DNA from: Caecitellus pseudoparvulus
Taxonomy: Eukaryota; Protista; Bigyra: Bicosoecida
Length of the DNA stretch: 64,000 bases
Assembly (NCBI GenBank): GCA_965644315.1
Contig: CBFFRQ010000032.1
Coordinates: 124,001-188,000, forward strand
Reading direction: 5' to 3'
Of this stretch, positions 32,416 to 47,100 are shown in pieces (position 1 is the first letter of the stretch; each line of letters opens with the position of its first letter). The position numbers and the translations under genes were made by a program. Under the pieces are notes generated by a model. The model was not told the origin of the DNA. It saw nothing but the letters and a program-made list of their open reading frames with translations, and ran no database searches.

Positions 32416-35400
32416 TCACAGCCCCGCGTCATCCTCCTCGTCGCTCTGCACTTCCGCACTGCTGCCAGGCTGCTCCCCTGACGTTTGCTCCACTGCCACG
32501 TCCCCCGCACTGGCAAAGAAGGGGAAGGCGGACGCCAAGGCAGCCAGCCCGTCTGCCGCTGCGCCTGTGGTGCTGGAATCCAGGGAGCTGTTCGCGGCGA
32601 ACTGCCGCTGCACCCGCCGCCGCGCGAGGAACCCGCGCACAGAGCTCTGCACCCTGGACACGAGCATGTGGCGCACCCACCGCGCCATGACAGTCTCACG
32701 TTGCATGCGCTCCACCGCGCTCAGGGCGTCAGGCCCGAACTTCCACCTGGACAGCAGCGTCAGCAGCGTGCCAAACGGCACTTGCAAGCTGCCCTCCGGT
32801 CGGGCAGCCACTGCAGCTGCAGCTGCAGCGTGCACGTGCTCCAAGCGCACTGCGTCCAGGGCGGCGATTTGCTGCGAAGGGAGGCGTATGGGTGGTGGGG
32901 GAGAGCTGTGTGAGCAGGGGGTGTGGGGCGAGCGGCGTTTGCGTGGGTTGGCGGCAGCACGCACAGCATCCACCTCCTCGGGGGTTCGCAGACTGCCAAT
33001 TTCACGCAGCACGCGCTTTGCCACCCCCATTGCCTCCACTCGGCTGCGCATGATAAATGAAGGCGCATGGTGCTGTCGCTTGGGCGTGCGCTGCCCTGCC
33101 TTGCGCAGGCGGCTCGCAGTGCCCGCGCCTGCCGCCTGGCTCTCAAACCGCACGCGAGGAGGAATCTCCACAGTGGGAGCAGGCTGCGCGCCATCTTCGG
33201 CCTTGTCCGAAGCAGGGCTTGCTGGGGCAGAGGCTGCCGGGCGTGGTGCGGCGTCGGGGCCTTGGTGCCCTCCTGCAGCTGGCAACGCTCCCGCAGGTTT
33301 GGACTTTTCTGCGCCGACGAGGGGAGCAGCTCCCGAAGGCGGCACCATGCTGGCAGGCAGCACGGCGGCATCGCTTGCACTGGCCTGGTCCTGTCGCTTC
33401 CCCAACGGCGGCTGCACTTGCTTGCTGAGAATAGCGCGGCGCCGCAGCAGCAGCTGGCGTGCCTGTCGCAGGGTGCGAATGCGACGGCGCACTTCAAAGA
33501 CAACTGCGGAAGTGCAAAGCGGCGAACGCGTGCATGGCAAACTCGGGGAGGAGAAGTGCCCCGCTTCAAGTGGGTGGATGCAGGGGGTCACGTACCGTTC
33601 TGTTCAAAGGCCATGCCGTGCACTTCAGTGCGGAGGATGGACCACCACCACCGCCGCTGCAGGCCGCGTGCGAGGAAGCGCTGGAACGGGGACTGCCCAA
33701 AACTCACAAAGGCGGCCTCCAGGAACGCCTTGCTGACATCCTTGTCATCAGACTTGCTGCCGGCCCTGCTGTCCGCCGGCCCTGCACCGCCAAGCGTTGA
33801 CGACATGCCCGGGTCAAATGCAGATCGGCCACGGGCGTGGCCGCCGCCTGTAGACGCCCCAGCCACGCTGTCCGAGCCTGTCGTCAAGTGTGGTGGAGCC
33901 TGGGGCAGGGACGCCTCTGTGGACTGCCACATGGCCGAGTCCTTGCGAGTGGCGAGGTAGAACGGCTTGCCCAGCTTGGCGTCCATTTCTGCCAAGCGTG
34001 CAAGCAGCGCCGCCCGTTCCTGGCGGCGCTGCAAGCGCTCAAGCTTATCTTGACCCGCTGTAAAACGTGGAAGGCGTGTGATTGGTGCTTAGGAGTGGGA
34101 GCACTGTTTCCAGCGGCGAGGGACACGCACCGAGGCGGGTCAAGAAAGGGCGCAGTTTTCGCAGCGGCAGCACGCCTTGGAACTTGGAGTCCATGCCCCG
34201 GCTGGTCCACGCTTTCTTATACTTCTGAATGTCCGCAAAGGACATGTCCGAGCTTTGCTCGATTTCAACCTGCGATGCGTGGAAGAGGAGGGTGGTCCAG
34301 CGGATACGGTACACTCCGGGACCAGGGTCGCGTGCGCTTTCCGTGCTGCAACGTACAGCGTACAAGAAGTTCTCCAGCACTGAGCCGAGGTAAAAGGCGA
34401 GAATGACAAGCGTCACGATAAGGGTGAATGCGAAGAAGTACACGTTTGTAACGCTGGTCACGCTCTGCGTATCCGCGTAAATGGACGGCCACTCGCCTCC
34501 TGCAAAACGGGAGAGGGGAAACGGGGACAGCATTGTTCGACTCGCATGCAGGCAATGGCAGCGATAACTAAGACCAGTGAAGCGATGCGGCGGAGCAAGA
34601 CGCACCTGTGGCCATGCGCAGAAGAATAAAGAGGCTGCTGCCAAAGGTGCGGAAGTGCGCGTGGCGGTTGATGGCCTCCAGAGGAGCAACACTGCCCGCG
34701 AATTCGACGGCGCTAGCCAATGCCCCAGGCGCGGCCTGGCACGTGGACACCTCCAGCACGCCTGCTACGGCTGGGGGCACCGTGGCACCAGTGGTGGGGT
34801 GTGTGCTGCCAGGCTCAAGCAGAGTCCCACCCACGGTGTTGGCAGACTGTGCCTCCTGCACAAGTTCAGCCCATGTGAAGTTCCCTGCAGCCACGCTGGC
34901 CGCAGCGGCTTCTGGCGTGAACAGAAACACAGACTGCAGCTCCCGCGTGGCTTGCTGCAGGGAAGCGTCATACAGAGCCCCCATGCTGAGAAGGGATGTG
35001 AAAGTGGCCTCCTGCGCGTCCTCGCCTGGCTCGGGGTAGTACGCCACCCGGTCACCCAACCGAGTGGATTGGGAGCCGATGCGGGCGGGGGGCAGCAGGT
35101 GCAGCGGGTCGCCCAGGCTCACCCCGAAGCAGGCCGAGTTGTTGGTGACAGAGGGCTGCAGGTTGAAGGCTAGGACTGGGTCGGGGTGCGGCACAGACCA
35201 CTGGTGCACATGGCGACGTGAGGCGCCCAGGTCCCCGAACAGCTCCATGCCCATGACAGCAAAGACGAAGAGGAAGAGGAAGAGGACTGCCGTGACATTC
35301 AGCAGGGACCCCAGGGACACGACGGCCGTGTCAAAGAGGATGCGCAGGGAGGGGATCTTGCGGAACACGCGCGCCAGCCGAGCGACGCGGAACACCCGCG

Positions 35401-38400
35401 CAGCCTCCACAGAGAAGGGGAACGTCGCCGGCATGAAGTCGAAGATGAGGGAGCCGGCGACGAGGACGAAGTCGAAGGTGTCCCATGCGTCGCTGAAGTA
35501 CGCCTCCAGGCCCAGGCCCAGCCACTTGATGAGCACTTCTGCCGCGAAAATGGCCAGGAACACGCGGTTCAGGATCAGGATAGCCTGCGCAAAGTCGGCT
35601 GAAATGGGGTAGTGGTTCATCATCAGCACGATGACGTTCAGGATGATGCAGGCGGTGATGAAGCCATGGAACCAAGGGTGCTTGCTCAGCAAGTTCGCGT
35701 TGTCGCGGGATTTGTACCAGGACAGCGCACAGCACCGCCGTGTGCGCACCGCGCAGTAGCACGTGCAGCAGTCCTTGCAGCACACTGCGCAGCTGCTGCT
35801 GACGTCGGAAGCGCAGGCTGCCAGGGAAGGGCAGGACTCTGCCGTTGCAGTCGTGGTGGACTTCTTGAAGCAGGGTGGCGCGATGAGCGCGCCCTCCTTC
35901 AAAATGCGCCGGTTGCGAATGCGGTCTTTCCGCGCTTGCTTCTTGCGCAGTGCGGCAGCTGCCAGGGGCGACAATGATGAAGTGGGCGTGCGGGACATGC
36001 TGGCTTGGGGTGCGCCGCTCTTGCTCGTGTCCACACGCAAGGAGGCGTGCTGGGAGCCCTCCATTTCGGCGCCGTTACTCGAAGACGCAGCACGCGCGTG
36101 TGCGGCCTGCAGGTACGCCTGGCGAAGTTCCGCCTCCACATCGTCATCTTCAGTGTCGGAGGAAGTGCCGGAGGATGAGTCGGTGGAGGAGGTCGTGGAG
36201 GACGTGTCCCCCTGCCCCGTGCGAATGATGTGTGCGGCAGTACGGGAGGATGGCGTGGCCCCAGACACCTCCCCGAACACGTCCACTGCACTCTCCTCGT
36301 CGCCGCTGGCTGCTGCGGGCACAGCTGCGATGTCTGTGATGCGGGGTTCACTGGCAGCCTTTGCGGCAGAACCCAGGTGTCGAGGTGCGGCCGCTGAGAA
36401 CAACGAGTCCATGCCACTGCCATCCACGCTGACGCTGGTGTCTGACAGAACCAAGTCCCGGACTGACGCGCCGGCTTGGGGGACGTAGCGGGAGCCAGGC
36501 ACTCCAGCGTTGCCCTTTTGCACGTCAAGGAGGCTGGGGGAGAACACAAACGTGCCTGCCAAGTTGCTGCCTTTGTGTGTGTGGGAGCTGGGCTCTTGGC
36601 GCGTGCCCAGGCGGCTGCTCAAGGCCGCCTTGCGACCTGCACGCTGCAGCAGCCGTGCTCCTGCTGTCATGGGGCGCCCAGGAGCTGCAAACATCTGCCC
36701 TGCCTGCTGGCCACTTCCCTCACCCCCATCTTCAGCGTGCGACACCTCATCCTGGGCCTCCAGCTCCACGCCAGCTACCACAGCTGCCACGCGCCGGAAG
36801 CCGTTTGACACGTAGTTCCGCACACCTGGCAGCAAGGTTGCCAAATTGGGCACACCACGGCCTGCGGCGAGTGGCACGTCTGCGGCTGCTGCTCGTCTGG
36901 GCAGAGCCAGCACAGCTCTGCTGGGTGACGGCCGGAGAGGCTTTGGGGCAGGGCTGTGAGCCGCCTCCGACGGGGGCACGGCAACCAAGTCGGCAGCACA
37001 TGCCTGAGCGTTCTCCGCACCAGGCATCGGCGACCCAACAACTGGGGATGGCTCAGGTGCGGTGGTGCTGGGTGTTTCGGTCGCTACGCGCTTGCGCTTT
37101 GGACGCTTGAAGTTGACGGCAGCAGCAGCCAGCGGCTCCGGCACCGGCGCTTCGAAGTCAGCACGCAGCAGGCGGCGTTGCTGAGGAGGGGAAAAGAGCA
37201 GCACGAAGCGCTGCAAGTTCAGCCACTTGCGCTGCTTGCTGGTCATGTCGGCAGACCCTGACACCCTGGCCAGGTGCTCAAGCACGATGCCCAGCACCAA
37301 CTGCAGCAAGATGAAGCTGACCACAAACACGAACACAATGAAGAACAGCGCGAAGAAGGGGGAGTTGTTCTTTATCGGGCCCTTGTTTGCGTCGTCTATG
37401 TCCATGGCACGGAACATCACTGCGAAAGCGAGAAGACGGCGGGGCAGTGCGGAAGCAGGCATCGTTGTGCACGGCAACGGCGGCTTTGGGGTGGGCGTGA
37501 CGCACCTGGTGCCCAGGTTTCCAACGTCACAATGCGGGCAAGAGTGCCCAGGGAAGAGGGCATAGAGTCGAAGTTTGCCGTGGGGACCTGCCACGCCCGC
37601 AGGGCCAACTCGCCGTCCTCCGCCACAAACACACCCCGACACAGCTCCCGGGTGGAGACAGACTCGTCTGAGCAGTTGCCCATGGCATCTGCAAACAGGT
37701 CGCGAGCCATGACAGAGAAGGCGAACATGGTCAAGGTGCACAGCAGAGCCGCATTAACAATTTGAAGCCTGTGAGAGCGGGGGGAGGGCAGGTGCAAATG
37801 TATCGCAGCCAAGGCCAAAGTCAAGGCGTCAACACGCACCCGCCCGACCACATGGCAATGACGAGGCGTCGAGTGGCGGCGAACCTGTCCATGAGGCGCA
37901 GTGGTCGCAGGCAGCGGCCGATGCGCAGGAGGCGGAGCCACAGTGGCTCGCTTGTGCCTTCCGCGACCAGCCCCCGATCCCCGCCCTGTGTCGTGCCTGG
38001 CAAGGAAAGCAGGTCGCCGTTGCCGCCAAAGGCTCGACCAGTGTACGAAGTCACAAGCAGTACCTCTGCGATGGAGACGAAGGCGATGAAGGCGTCGAAG
38101 GCGTTCCAGCCGACGGAGAAATACCGCGTGCCGCCCAGCGCGAACATGCGCAGCGCCATTTCCAACCCGAACAGCACCGCGAACACCAAGTCCATCACGG
38201 CGATCCAGCGTGGCTGGTCCAGGGAAGCCTGGTAGTCGTCGAACGCCAGCAAGATGGAAGACAGCACAATGATGCCTGCGACAGTGTACTCAAAGGCGGG
38301 CATTTTGATGATGCGGAGTGCGAGCGCTCGGGCAGGGTGCTGCAGCGAGCAAGCACACCGGCCACAGCACACAAACTCAGAGGGCTCTGCGAAACAAGTA

Positions 38401-41400
38401 GGGGCGGGGAAGGTGCGCAGTGAGGGAGCTGTCAGCGCCTGCGACCCGGGTGGGGCACGTACGAACTCGCAGCGCCCTGTCAGTGCTGGCCGCGGGGCGT
38501 GCAACGGCGCTGGCGGTGTTCTGGGTGGGGGCAGTTCCCGCCCCCCCAGGGCGCTTGCCTGCCATGGCTTTTGCAGTCAAACTTCGAGGCACACTGCTGC
38601 TGTCGCTGAGTTGCTCCTGAGCAGGCAGGGCGGTGCCCGCGTGCCCGCCCTCATCCGCTGCGTCGCTGCCTGGTGCTGCGTCACGTGCTGCAGCTTCCGG
38701 CAACGGCTCGCCTGGAGCCAGGAGCACGGGTGCCCCCTGGAAAATGGGCCCCCCCAGCACAAGGGTCTGTCGAGGGACGCCTGTGTCATCCAGCACGCCG
38801 GGGGCGTCGCTGAGGGTAGGGGCAATGCGGGTGTCCGAGCCTTCGTCCTCCTCATCCACACGCTCCAAGTGATCCCTGCGCTTGTCCCCGCCCAGCACTT
38901 GCGCAGCCGCCAAGCGCTTCGACGCGGCAGCGAGACGCGCGGTGCGTACTGCCTGTGCAGCCGCTGCTCGCTGCCGCAACGCCCACTCCCGCTCATGCTG
39001 ACACAGCGCCAGGACCAGAGGCTGCAGTGCGGTGGCATCATCCACCAGCGGGGGGGGCGCCCGCGTCACACGGGTGGAGGCGGTCATGGGGCGTGCGCCA
39101 GTGCTGGTGGGCGGCCGGCGTGCCGACAGGGGCAAGCGCAGAGGCTCTGCCGCCAGCACGACTGCCGCTGCGGCGCCTGCAGCGTGGTGCTCTGCGGGTG
39201 TGTTGGCCAGCCACGCATCGCCCTCGAGCTGCATGACACGTGTGGCGGCAGACGCCACCGCCTCTGGGTTGGGAGCCTGGTCCTCCTCGTCGTCATCGGT
39301 GTCCTCACTGCTGCTCCATGAGGCATCGCTGACCGCGTCGATGGGTGGGCTGCCTTGGTCGCTGGCAGGTCGCACCTGCCGAGCCTTGTCCACCTCTTCC
39401 TGCGCCATGGCCAAGTTCAGTGTGGCGCTGGTGCCGACGCCTGGCATGGGAGAGGCCTGCGCTGCCAGCAGATCGCCAGCCGCCGCGTCGAACTTGGCAG
39501 CCAGAGAGTCCATGTCCAGGCCGGGCAGGGTGGGGGACGTGGCGGGCGCTGGCTGGCGAGGGGAGGGCGGGATGTTCACCGTGGGTACAGGGGATGCCAG
39601 CAGTGAAGCTGGTGAGCCTGATGCGGCGCTGTGTCGGCTCTGGCGACGTGCCTCGTGCCGCTGGCGTCGCTGGCGCCGTTTGGCACGCAACCGCGCCTCA
39701 AACCGGCGCTGCAGCCGATCAGCCTTGGCTCGCTCAGCCACCTCCTTCTCCGTGCGGCCGCTGCGTGTCGCAGAAGCCTGGGCGCGCTGAGTGAGCAGCG
39801 CCAGAGCAGGGAGGCGTGTTCGACTGGGCAGGTGAAACGCAGGAGACGCTGCGATGGGGCGCCTGGCTCGTAGGGCCCCCACAGCACTGTGAAGAGCTGG
39901 CGAGCCCAAAGACTTGACGGGTGACGGGGACGCCGCCACGCGCCAGGAGCCGGCAGGCTTTGGAGGAGCCGCTTTGTGTTCTGGCTCGTCGACACCCTGC
40001 GTGTGTTCAGTGTGCCCAGGTGGTCCTGGTGCCGACGCGCCGCTCGCGGCAGGCCCTGTCGCCTCCTCCTGCTCAGCGGGAGCTGTGGCGGGTGCCGGGG
40101 CAGTCTCAGCAGTCATGTGTGCACTGTCCTCGTCCGGAATCTCCACGAAGCGGTCGTAGGGGTTGTGCGTCGTCGTGCTCATGGCAGCGAGCTCGTCCTG
40201 CGTCCCCACCGCGTCGAGCGTCACGTCGCGGTACAGGCCGCGCAGGCGCTCGCGGCGGTGGGCGAGGTGGCGCACGAGGGCGAAGGCGCGACGAGACATC
40301 GCGCCCAAGTACACTTCCGCCAGCACCCGCCCCAGTGCGACCATGTCCACGTCTTCTTCTCCCTCGGGGCTGCGTGCACGGTCTGGATCGGAGGTGAAGG
40401 AGGAGAACCGCGCTTCGCCAGGCGGCACACTGCCTGGCTTGCTGTCGGGCGCGCCGACGGGGTCAGGCGGCGCAGTGGGCACTGACGCCGCTGCGTGGCC
40501 CAACATGCCTGCGGCATGCAGCAGGTCGCGCAGAATGCCGGTCTCCTCCTGCGAGAGGGCAGCGCCTTCCCGCACTGCCAGCTGATGCAACAACGCCACC
40601 TGCTCTGCCGTCTGCACACATGCCAAGTTCTTCGCCGCTGTACCGCGAAGCTGGTCCAAGTCGGTTTCCAGGGACGCCTGCTGGTCGTCCTCAGGGATTG
40701 ACGCATCCATCTCGACTTCTGCTCGCTCGTGTGCCGTGCGAGCCATGTGTGCGGCGACGCCCGCCGCCGTCTGCAGGCGGTCCATGCCCACAGTTATGGC
40801 GCGTAGAAAGCCGATGAGGGTGGTGCGCTTGCGCTTGAGGGTTTCCAGGCGCACCTCCCGCTGAAAGCGCACGAGGCGGCGGAACTTGCTCATCTGCTGC
40901 GCGTACCGGTCTTCCTCTGCGTGCTCGAAGTTCTCCAGGATCACGGCCACGTACCAGTTCGTGAGCACGAAGCCTGAGAAGAAAATCCACACAATGATGT
41001 ACGGCACTGCTGCCCACGCGGCTGAAGACTGCATGCAGTTGTAAAAGGCGTTGGACCAGTTGTCCAGCGTGATGAGCACGAACAGCGTGATGGTGGACTC
41101 GAAGAAGGTGTCAAAGCGCAGGCGTGGATCAGCCAGCTCCTCCTCGTCGGCAGGGAAGCGCCCACCAAACAGCTGCATGCCAAGCAGCGCATACACTGCA
41201 GTTGTGAAGATAGTGAGGCCAATCAGGTTCAGCAACGCATGTGTGGACTTGAAGGCGGTGCTGAGCAGCTCCTGCATGCCGGGGATGCGCAGCATGAGCC
41301 GCACCAGGCGCAGCACTCGGAAAATCAGCACTGCTCGCACAATGTCCAGGAGCTGGAAGTTTGTGTCTGACGCAGTGAGCGCAAGGATGTTGAAAGGCAG

Positions 41401-43609
41401 GGCCAGGACGGACAAGGACACGATGACTGCGTCCAGGACGTTCAGTGTTTGGTCCCAGTACGCCCAGCCGATGGCAATGAGTTTCAGCGCACACTCCACG
41501 GCAAACAGCAGCGTGAAGAGGATCTCGAAGACTTGGTACACCTCCTTGCCCTCTGTCTCTGTCGGGGAGTCCAGCACCATGGTCACAGAGTTCGCCACAA
41601 TCAGCACCATGATGCCCCACCCGAACCACTTGTGAGTGACGATGGGTCGCAGGCGAGGCTGGCAGTCGCTGAGGCAGTCACAGCAAGGCCGGCACGCCGG
41701 GCTGTCCGTGCAGGCGCCATGGCAGCGCTGCTCACAGGTCTGGTCTTCTTCGATGGTGAACTCTGCCGCCTCCATTTCGTCAATTGCTTCATCCAGTTTC
41801 CACCCACCTCGAGTCCGCGCTGACACCTCCTGCACCACACCTGCCGCGCTGGCACCACGCTGCAAGGACCGAGCCTGCACCATGCGCCAGCGAGCTGTGC
41901 TCTGGGCACTAGATACGCTGGGGCCCTCGCTGGCTGAGGGAGACGGGCCGCTGTCAGTGGCGGGCGAGTCGACGCCGTCTGCATCGCTGCTCGCTGCACC
42001 TCCTTCAGCACCTGCCTGCTGCTGCTGCTGTCCGCTGCGCGAGGGGCGCATGACCGCCAGGACGCCCGTCGTGCCGCGCCTGGCACTGTCCAGGACACCC
42101 CGCGCACCGGCACCGATGATGTTGCGCATGTCCCGCACAGCACTGATGGCCCGGCCTGACAGGGTGCCGGCAGAACGTGCAGACGCGGTGCCCGCTATGG
42201 CTTCGGCCTGCCGAGCTTCCAATAGAGCGTCTCGCTTGGCAGCCAGTTCGTCCTCATACTCCGACCACGCAGCGGAGAACAGGCCAACAACGACAGAAAT
42301 GAGGACATTCAGCAGCAAGAAGTTGGTGACGAGGATGACGAGGGCGATGAACAGGGAAATGGCGGGAAACTCCGCATCCTCCAGGTAGTAGTTGAACACT
42401 TCCCAGTCCTCGAACAGCGCGATGAGGAAGATGAGCAACAGGCCGTGCCCAATGTCATCGAAGTGTGTCAGTCCGAAGTTCGGGTTGTGTGCCTGGCTCT
42501 CGGCACAGGTGAGGTTCAGGCGTGCCAAGCCCCGCCACTGCGCAGCAGGCAGGGCTGGATACAGCGTCGAGGCCGAAGCGTTGGGCTGTGCCAGCGCCTC
42601 GGCCACCAGGGAATTGAACCCTGCTGCGACGGCAGGGCAGGACAGCCCGCCTTTCAAGTCTGAGTCTCGATTGCAGAAGAGCTCTGTCTCTGGCTCGGGC
42701 GCCTCGAACAGCTTGCCGGAAGCGGCGTGCACACAGCGACGGCGCAGGGAGCCGCCCATGCCGTCCACGCCCATGATGGCGAAGACGACGAGGATGATGA
42801 GGAAAATCATGAGAACGTTGGCCAGGTACGGCAGGCCCCGCACGAGGGACAGCAGCATGACCTGCATGCCGCGGAACTGCCGCAGCGCCCGCAGCGGCCG
42901 CACGACTCGCACAACGCGCAGGGCGGCCAGGTTCAGGGAGATGAAGGGGACGAAGTCCAGCAGGCCGACGCAGACGACGAAGAAGTCCAGGCGATTCCAC
43001 CGCGCCTCTGCGCCCCAGAAGTACGTGTCGCGAGGCAGCCCCGCTGCATCCACCTCCCGACCGCACAGCCCCACGCCCTGCCCCACCCACTTCAACAGCA
43101 TCTCCGTCCTGCGGCAGAGGAAGGCGCAGCATGGCACGTGCAAGGCTCAGTGTGTGGTGGGCGTTCTGGCACAGCGCCTCGCGGAACGCACAGGAAGATG
43201 GCGAAGATAACGGAATCGATGGCGTCCACCCAGCCTTGGCGCGTCTCGGAGCCGTTCCACCCCGCCATGATGAGGATGCTGCCGATGATGCCGGCCATGA
43301 CCAGGCCTTGGGCCGGCCAGGAGTACACGATGACCTGCGTGGCGCGCAGGGCGTGCGTGGGGGGGGCGAAGGCGGCTGCATGGGCCGTGGAGCCGAGCTC
43401 ACCTTGGCCTGTCTGCGCCAGTGGGGGAAGTCTGGGTCTTTACTCCACAGGGACCGCGCCCCCGCTTCAGTGGGGGCATTCGCAGGGGCCTCCGTTCCCT
43501 CTTTGTCCCTTGCATCGGCCGCCTTCAGCGTGTCCAGCGGCAGAGGAGGGACAGCGGGACCGGACACCCCAGCGACTGGCGTTGGTGTCGCCGCGACGCT
43601 GTCCGGCAT
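32416..43609 (-). CDS. Four-domain voltage-gated Ca2+/Na+ channel alpha subunit (multi-exon) with C-terminal EF-hand-like and IQ motifs
   Basis: Four S1-S6 repeats with S4 helices (LRVVRVVRPLR; IFRVLRLVRL; LRIGRCLRPLR; ARVFRVARLARV), WNRLDF/WNAFD/WDTFDF motifs, pore loops FEDW/LDNW/LETW/GGEW, and IQ-like VQSSVRGFLARR. Confidence 0.92.
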
Positions 43610-44189
43610 GCTGAGTCTGAACGGGTGGCGCAGTGGGCGGCGATGCGGCCGACGCCAGCCAGGGGTGTGTCAAGAGAAGGTGCCGCGGCCGAGGCTCGGG
43701 GGCAGCAGGTGGAGCAGCCCGAGCACGCTGGTCCTGCTCAGGAGCCAGCGGAAATTGAGAGCGCTGCCACACACACATTCACGGCCTGCTCTCAGCGAGC
43801 GGGCGAGTGGCAGGGCAGTCCGCCACCTCGTGCATAGCCTGCGAATTCAGACGGCTCACTTTGCCTGCTTGTGTCGCCTGATGCGAGCCCCGGCTGGCAC
43901 GCTGGGCCCCCGGAGGGGTGTGTAGGGGGGGCTCACCAAACTCCGCAGGAGCTGCGCGACCGTCCACTTCGGCACGCTGCACACAGCCTCAAACACTCCC
44001 AAACTTGCCTGGCGCACCCCCGCAAGCTGGTGCCTGCGATTTTCGTTTTAGGCGAAACAGCGCCGGTGCTTCCCATTTTCTCCGCGAAGAATCGCCCGGG
44101 GGGTGGCAGCATCATAAGTGAGACGATTCTGCGCGCTGGAGCCAACTTCCGCGCACGTTCCTACCACGCCGGTAGGGAGCCACAGCACC

Positions 44190-47100
44190 ATGGCAGGCCG
44201 ACGAGCCATGCCAGGGCTGTTGACTTTCCTTACCATCGCTGCTCTTGGAGTTGTTTCTGGACAGCAACCCATCATAGCTGACTGCAGTGCTGCTGCGGAG
44301 GGTGCAAAGTTTGGCCGTGCCATTGCCGCAAGCGACATCCCCAGTGCAGACGGAAAGTACCGTGCTGCAGCCACTGCCGCAAACGAAGACAATGGCGTGA
44401 GTGCTGCTTCCTGTGTTGCTGTTGCCCGCGCACGTGGCTGCCCGGTTCAGGGACTTGCCCCCAGACCCGCGCCCGGTCTAGGTGGCACCAGCTACCGAAA
44501 AGCGACCCTTCCGCACGCCTACCGCGCGCCGCCTCGCTGCACAGGGAGTCGTGCATGTGTTAGTGCAAGAGTCATGTGGGTGGGTTGTGGAGGCCACCTT
44601 GCAGCCACCCCCGCCTGCTGACGCGCGGGGCGTGGAAGGCGAGCTGTTCGGAACCGGCGTAGCTGTGCAGGGTGACACGATCGTCGTGGGGGCCTCCAAC
44701 TCCCTGGTGGGCATTTCCAGTGCTGCGGGGGCTGCTTTCGTGTACAACCGAACGAGCAGCGGTAATTGGACGTTTGTGCAGGTGCTGACTGGGCCGCAGT
44801 GGTTCAATCATGGCTTCGGCTTCCGCGTGGCGCTGTCAAGCTCCGGCACGCTGCTCGTGGGGGATCGGACGGAGGCTGGCTTTGTGATGGTGTACCAGGC
44901 CCACAATGAGAGCCTGCCCTTCGCCCTGCGCGAAGTGTGGAAGGCCCCCAATGACCCCTCCGGCCTAGGAGGCTTTTTCCCCTTCCTGGACCACGACCCG
45001 GTCGTGAGCGGCTTCGGCTGGTCCATGGACGTTCAGGGGGACAGGGCGGCGGTGAGCGCCAGCGGCGCGGTGTACCTCTGGCAGCGCCGGCGCCGGGCCG
45101 ACTTGCTGGCGGGGGAGGACGACATCGTCACCACGACAGACCTCAGCACGTCGTACGACTTCATTACAACTGACTTTGTGCAGGACCCCATCCCGGCTAA
45201 GGTGCCCGACCCTGAGTTCCTGTGGGTGCACGAAGTGACCCTCATCGCGCCCTTGCCGGAGGGCTTGGAGGAGTCCTCCCCTGACTTCCAGCACGCCTTC
45301 TCCTCCTTTGGCGCGTCTGTGGACCTGCATGGCGAGTGCGTGGCAGTGGGCGCGCCGCTGTACCCGTCGCACCCCTCCCACACCGGCCCCTCGACGCTGT
45401 CAGGCGGCGGTGTCTTTGTGTACTGTGAGAACTCCACGGAGATCTGGCGCCCCGTCGCCGCCCTGCACTCCTGCGACGGCCACAACGACGCTGGCTTTGG
45501 CTACGCCGTGTCCATGGACTCGCACGGCCTCGCCGTCGCGTCTCCCGGCGACCTCAGGATCCAAAGCACGTATGAACTTGAAGGGCACAACATAGTGACC
45601 AAGGAGCCTGCAGTGTACCTCTTCTCCACCGCCGCCCTGGCCAACACAGACGCCCTGCCGCCCGTGGACGAGGCCTTCTCCGCCCGTCGCTCCAACGTGT
45701 TGGCAGGCACGGGGCCGGGGCCCGCCTTCAGCATCCAGAACGCCGCCGTGACGGCGCGGGATGTCCTGACGCGCATTACCACCCCCGACCCTGGCCCCTC
45801 GCACACCTCCCTCTCCTTCGCCTCCTCCGTCGTCCTCGTGTACGACGCCGGTGCGGCGGAGCGGGACGCTTCCACCATCGGTGTGCTGGTGGGCGCGGCG
45901 GAGTCCACCGGGATGAATGTCGCAGCCCTGCCCCAGGAGGCGGCGCTCACGGGCGCCTGCGTCAACGCGGACGCCCGGGCTGGCTCCTGCGTTGCACGGC
46001 AGGACGGGGCGGTGTTCGGCCTGGACAACGCCGCCTTCACAGGGCAAGGCGACTTCAGCTTCGTGTGCCCCACCCCCCTGCCCACTCCCTCCCCGACATC
46101 CTCTTCCTCCCCCACTCCCTTCCCCACTCCCTCCCCCACATCCTCTCCCTCCTCCACCGCCAGCCCTGCTGCGACAGTGTCTGGCACCCCATCGATGTCT
46201 GTGTCGCCGACACCGTCGGTGTCTGCGACCAGCTCTGGCACCCCCTCCGCCACGCCCTCCACCACGTCATCCGCCAGTGTCACAGCTTCCATGTCCTCCA
46301 CAGCCTCCCCCACAGGGACGGCAACTGCCACCCCCTCATCCTCGGCCACTGCCACGTCCCAAGCCACACCGTCCTCCGCTGCCACGCCCTCTGCCTCCGC
46401 CCTGCCCACCCTGCAGGTGCCGGAGAACTGGGTGCAGCCGCGCAGTGTGGACCCCTCAGGGTGGGGCAGCCTGGAGCGCGGCGTGGCGACCTACCTCCGT
46501 GTGCTGGTGGGCGTGGACCTGGCCCTGGCCTCAGGCAGCCCCGGCCTAGCCACTCTCACGCGCCCGGCGGCTGTCGCGTTGCGCCTGGCTCTGCGGAGTG
46601 CAGTGCAGGGTGGCGGTGTGGATGCGACGGCGATCGTCGTGTCTGACGTCAGCGAGGGCAGCACGGGGCGCCTGCGGCAGCTCAGCCGCGCCACGAGCGA
46701 AGTGGGCGTGCTGCACGTCACCCTCACTGTGGTGGTGCCCTCCAACACAGAAGCCACGCTGGTGCGGGCCCACCTGCGCTCCAGCGATGGGCAGGATGCC
46801 CTCGTGCAGCAGCTGGCTGCCCGCATGCCGCCCACCTTCACGGGGGCTCGTCTGGCCACCGACACTGTGCGCGCAGTGCAGCCGACGCCGACGCCTTCCC
46901 CCGCCCCGAACAGCTCAGGGCAAGAACGCACGAGCGGCGCCACCACTTCCGAGGGCGGCCTGTCGTCTGCGACTGTCATTGGCATTTGCATTGTGGCCAG
47001 CCTGTGCATCGCCGTGGTGGCGGTGGTGGTGAACAACGCCGTGCAGCGGCGCAAGGCGCCGACGCGCCCCGCCATTCGCCGCTTCCCCTCCGCCAGCTCC

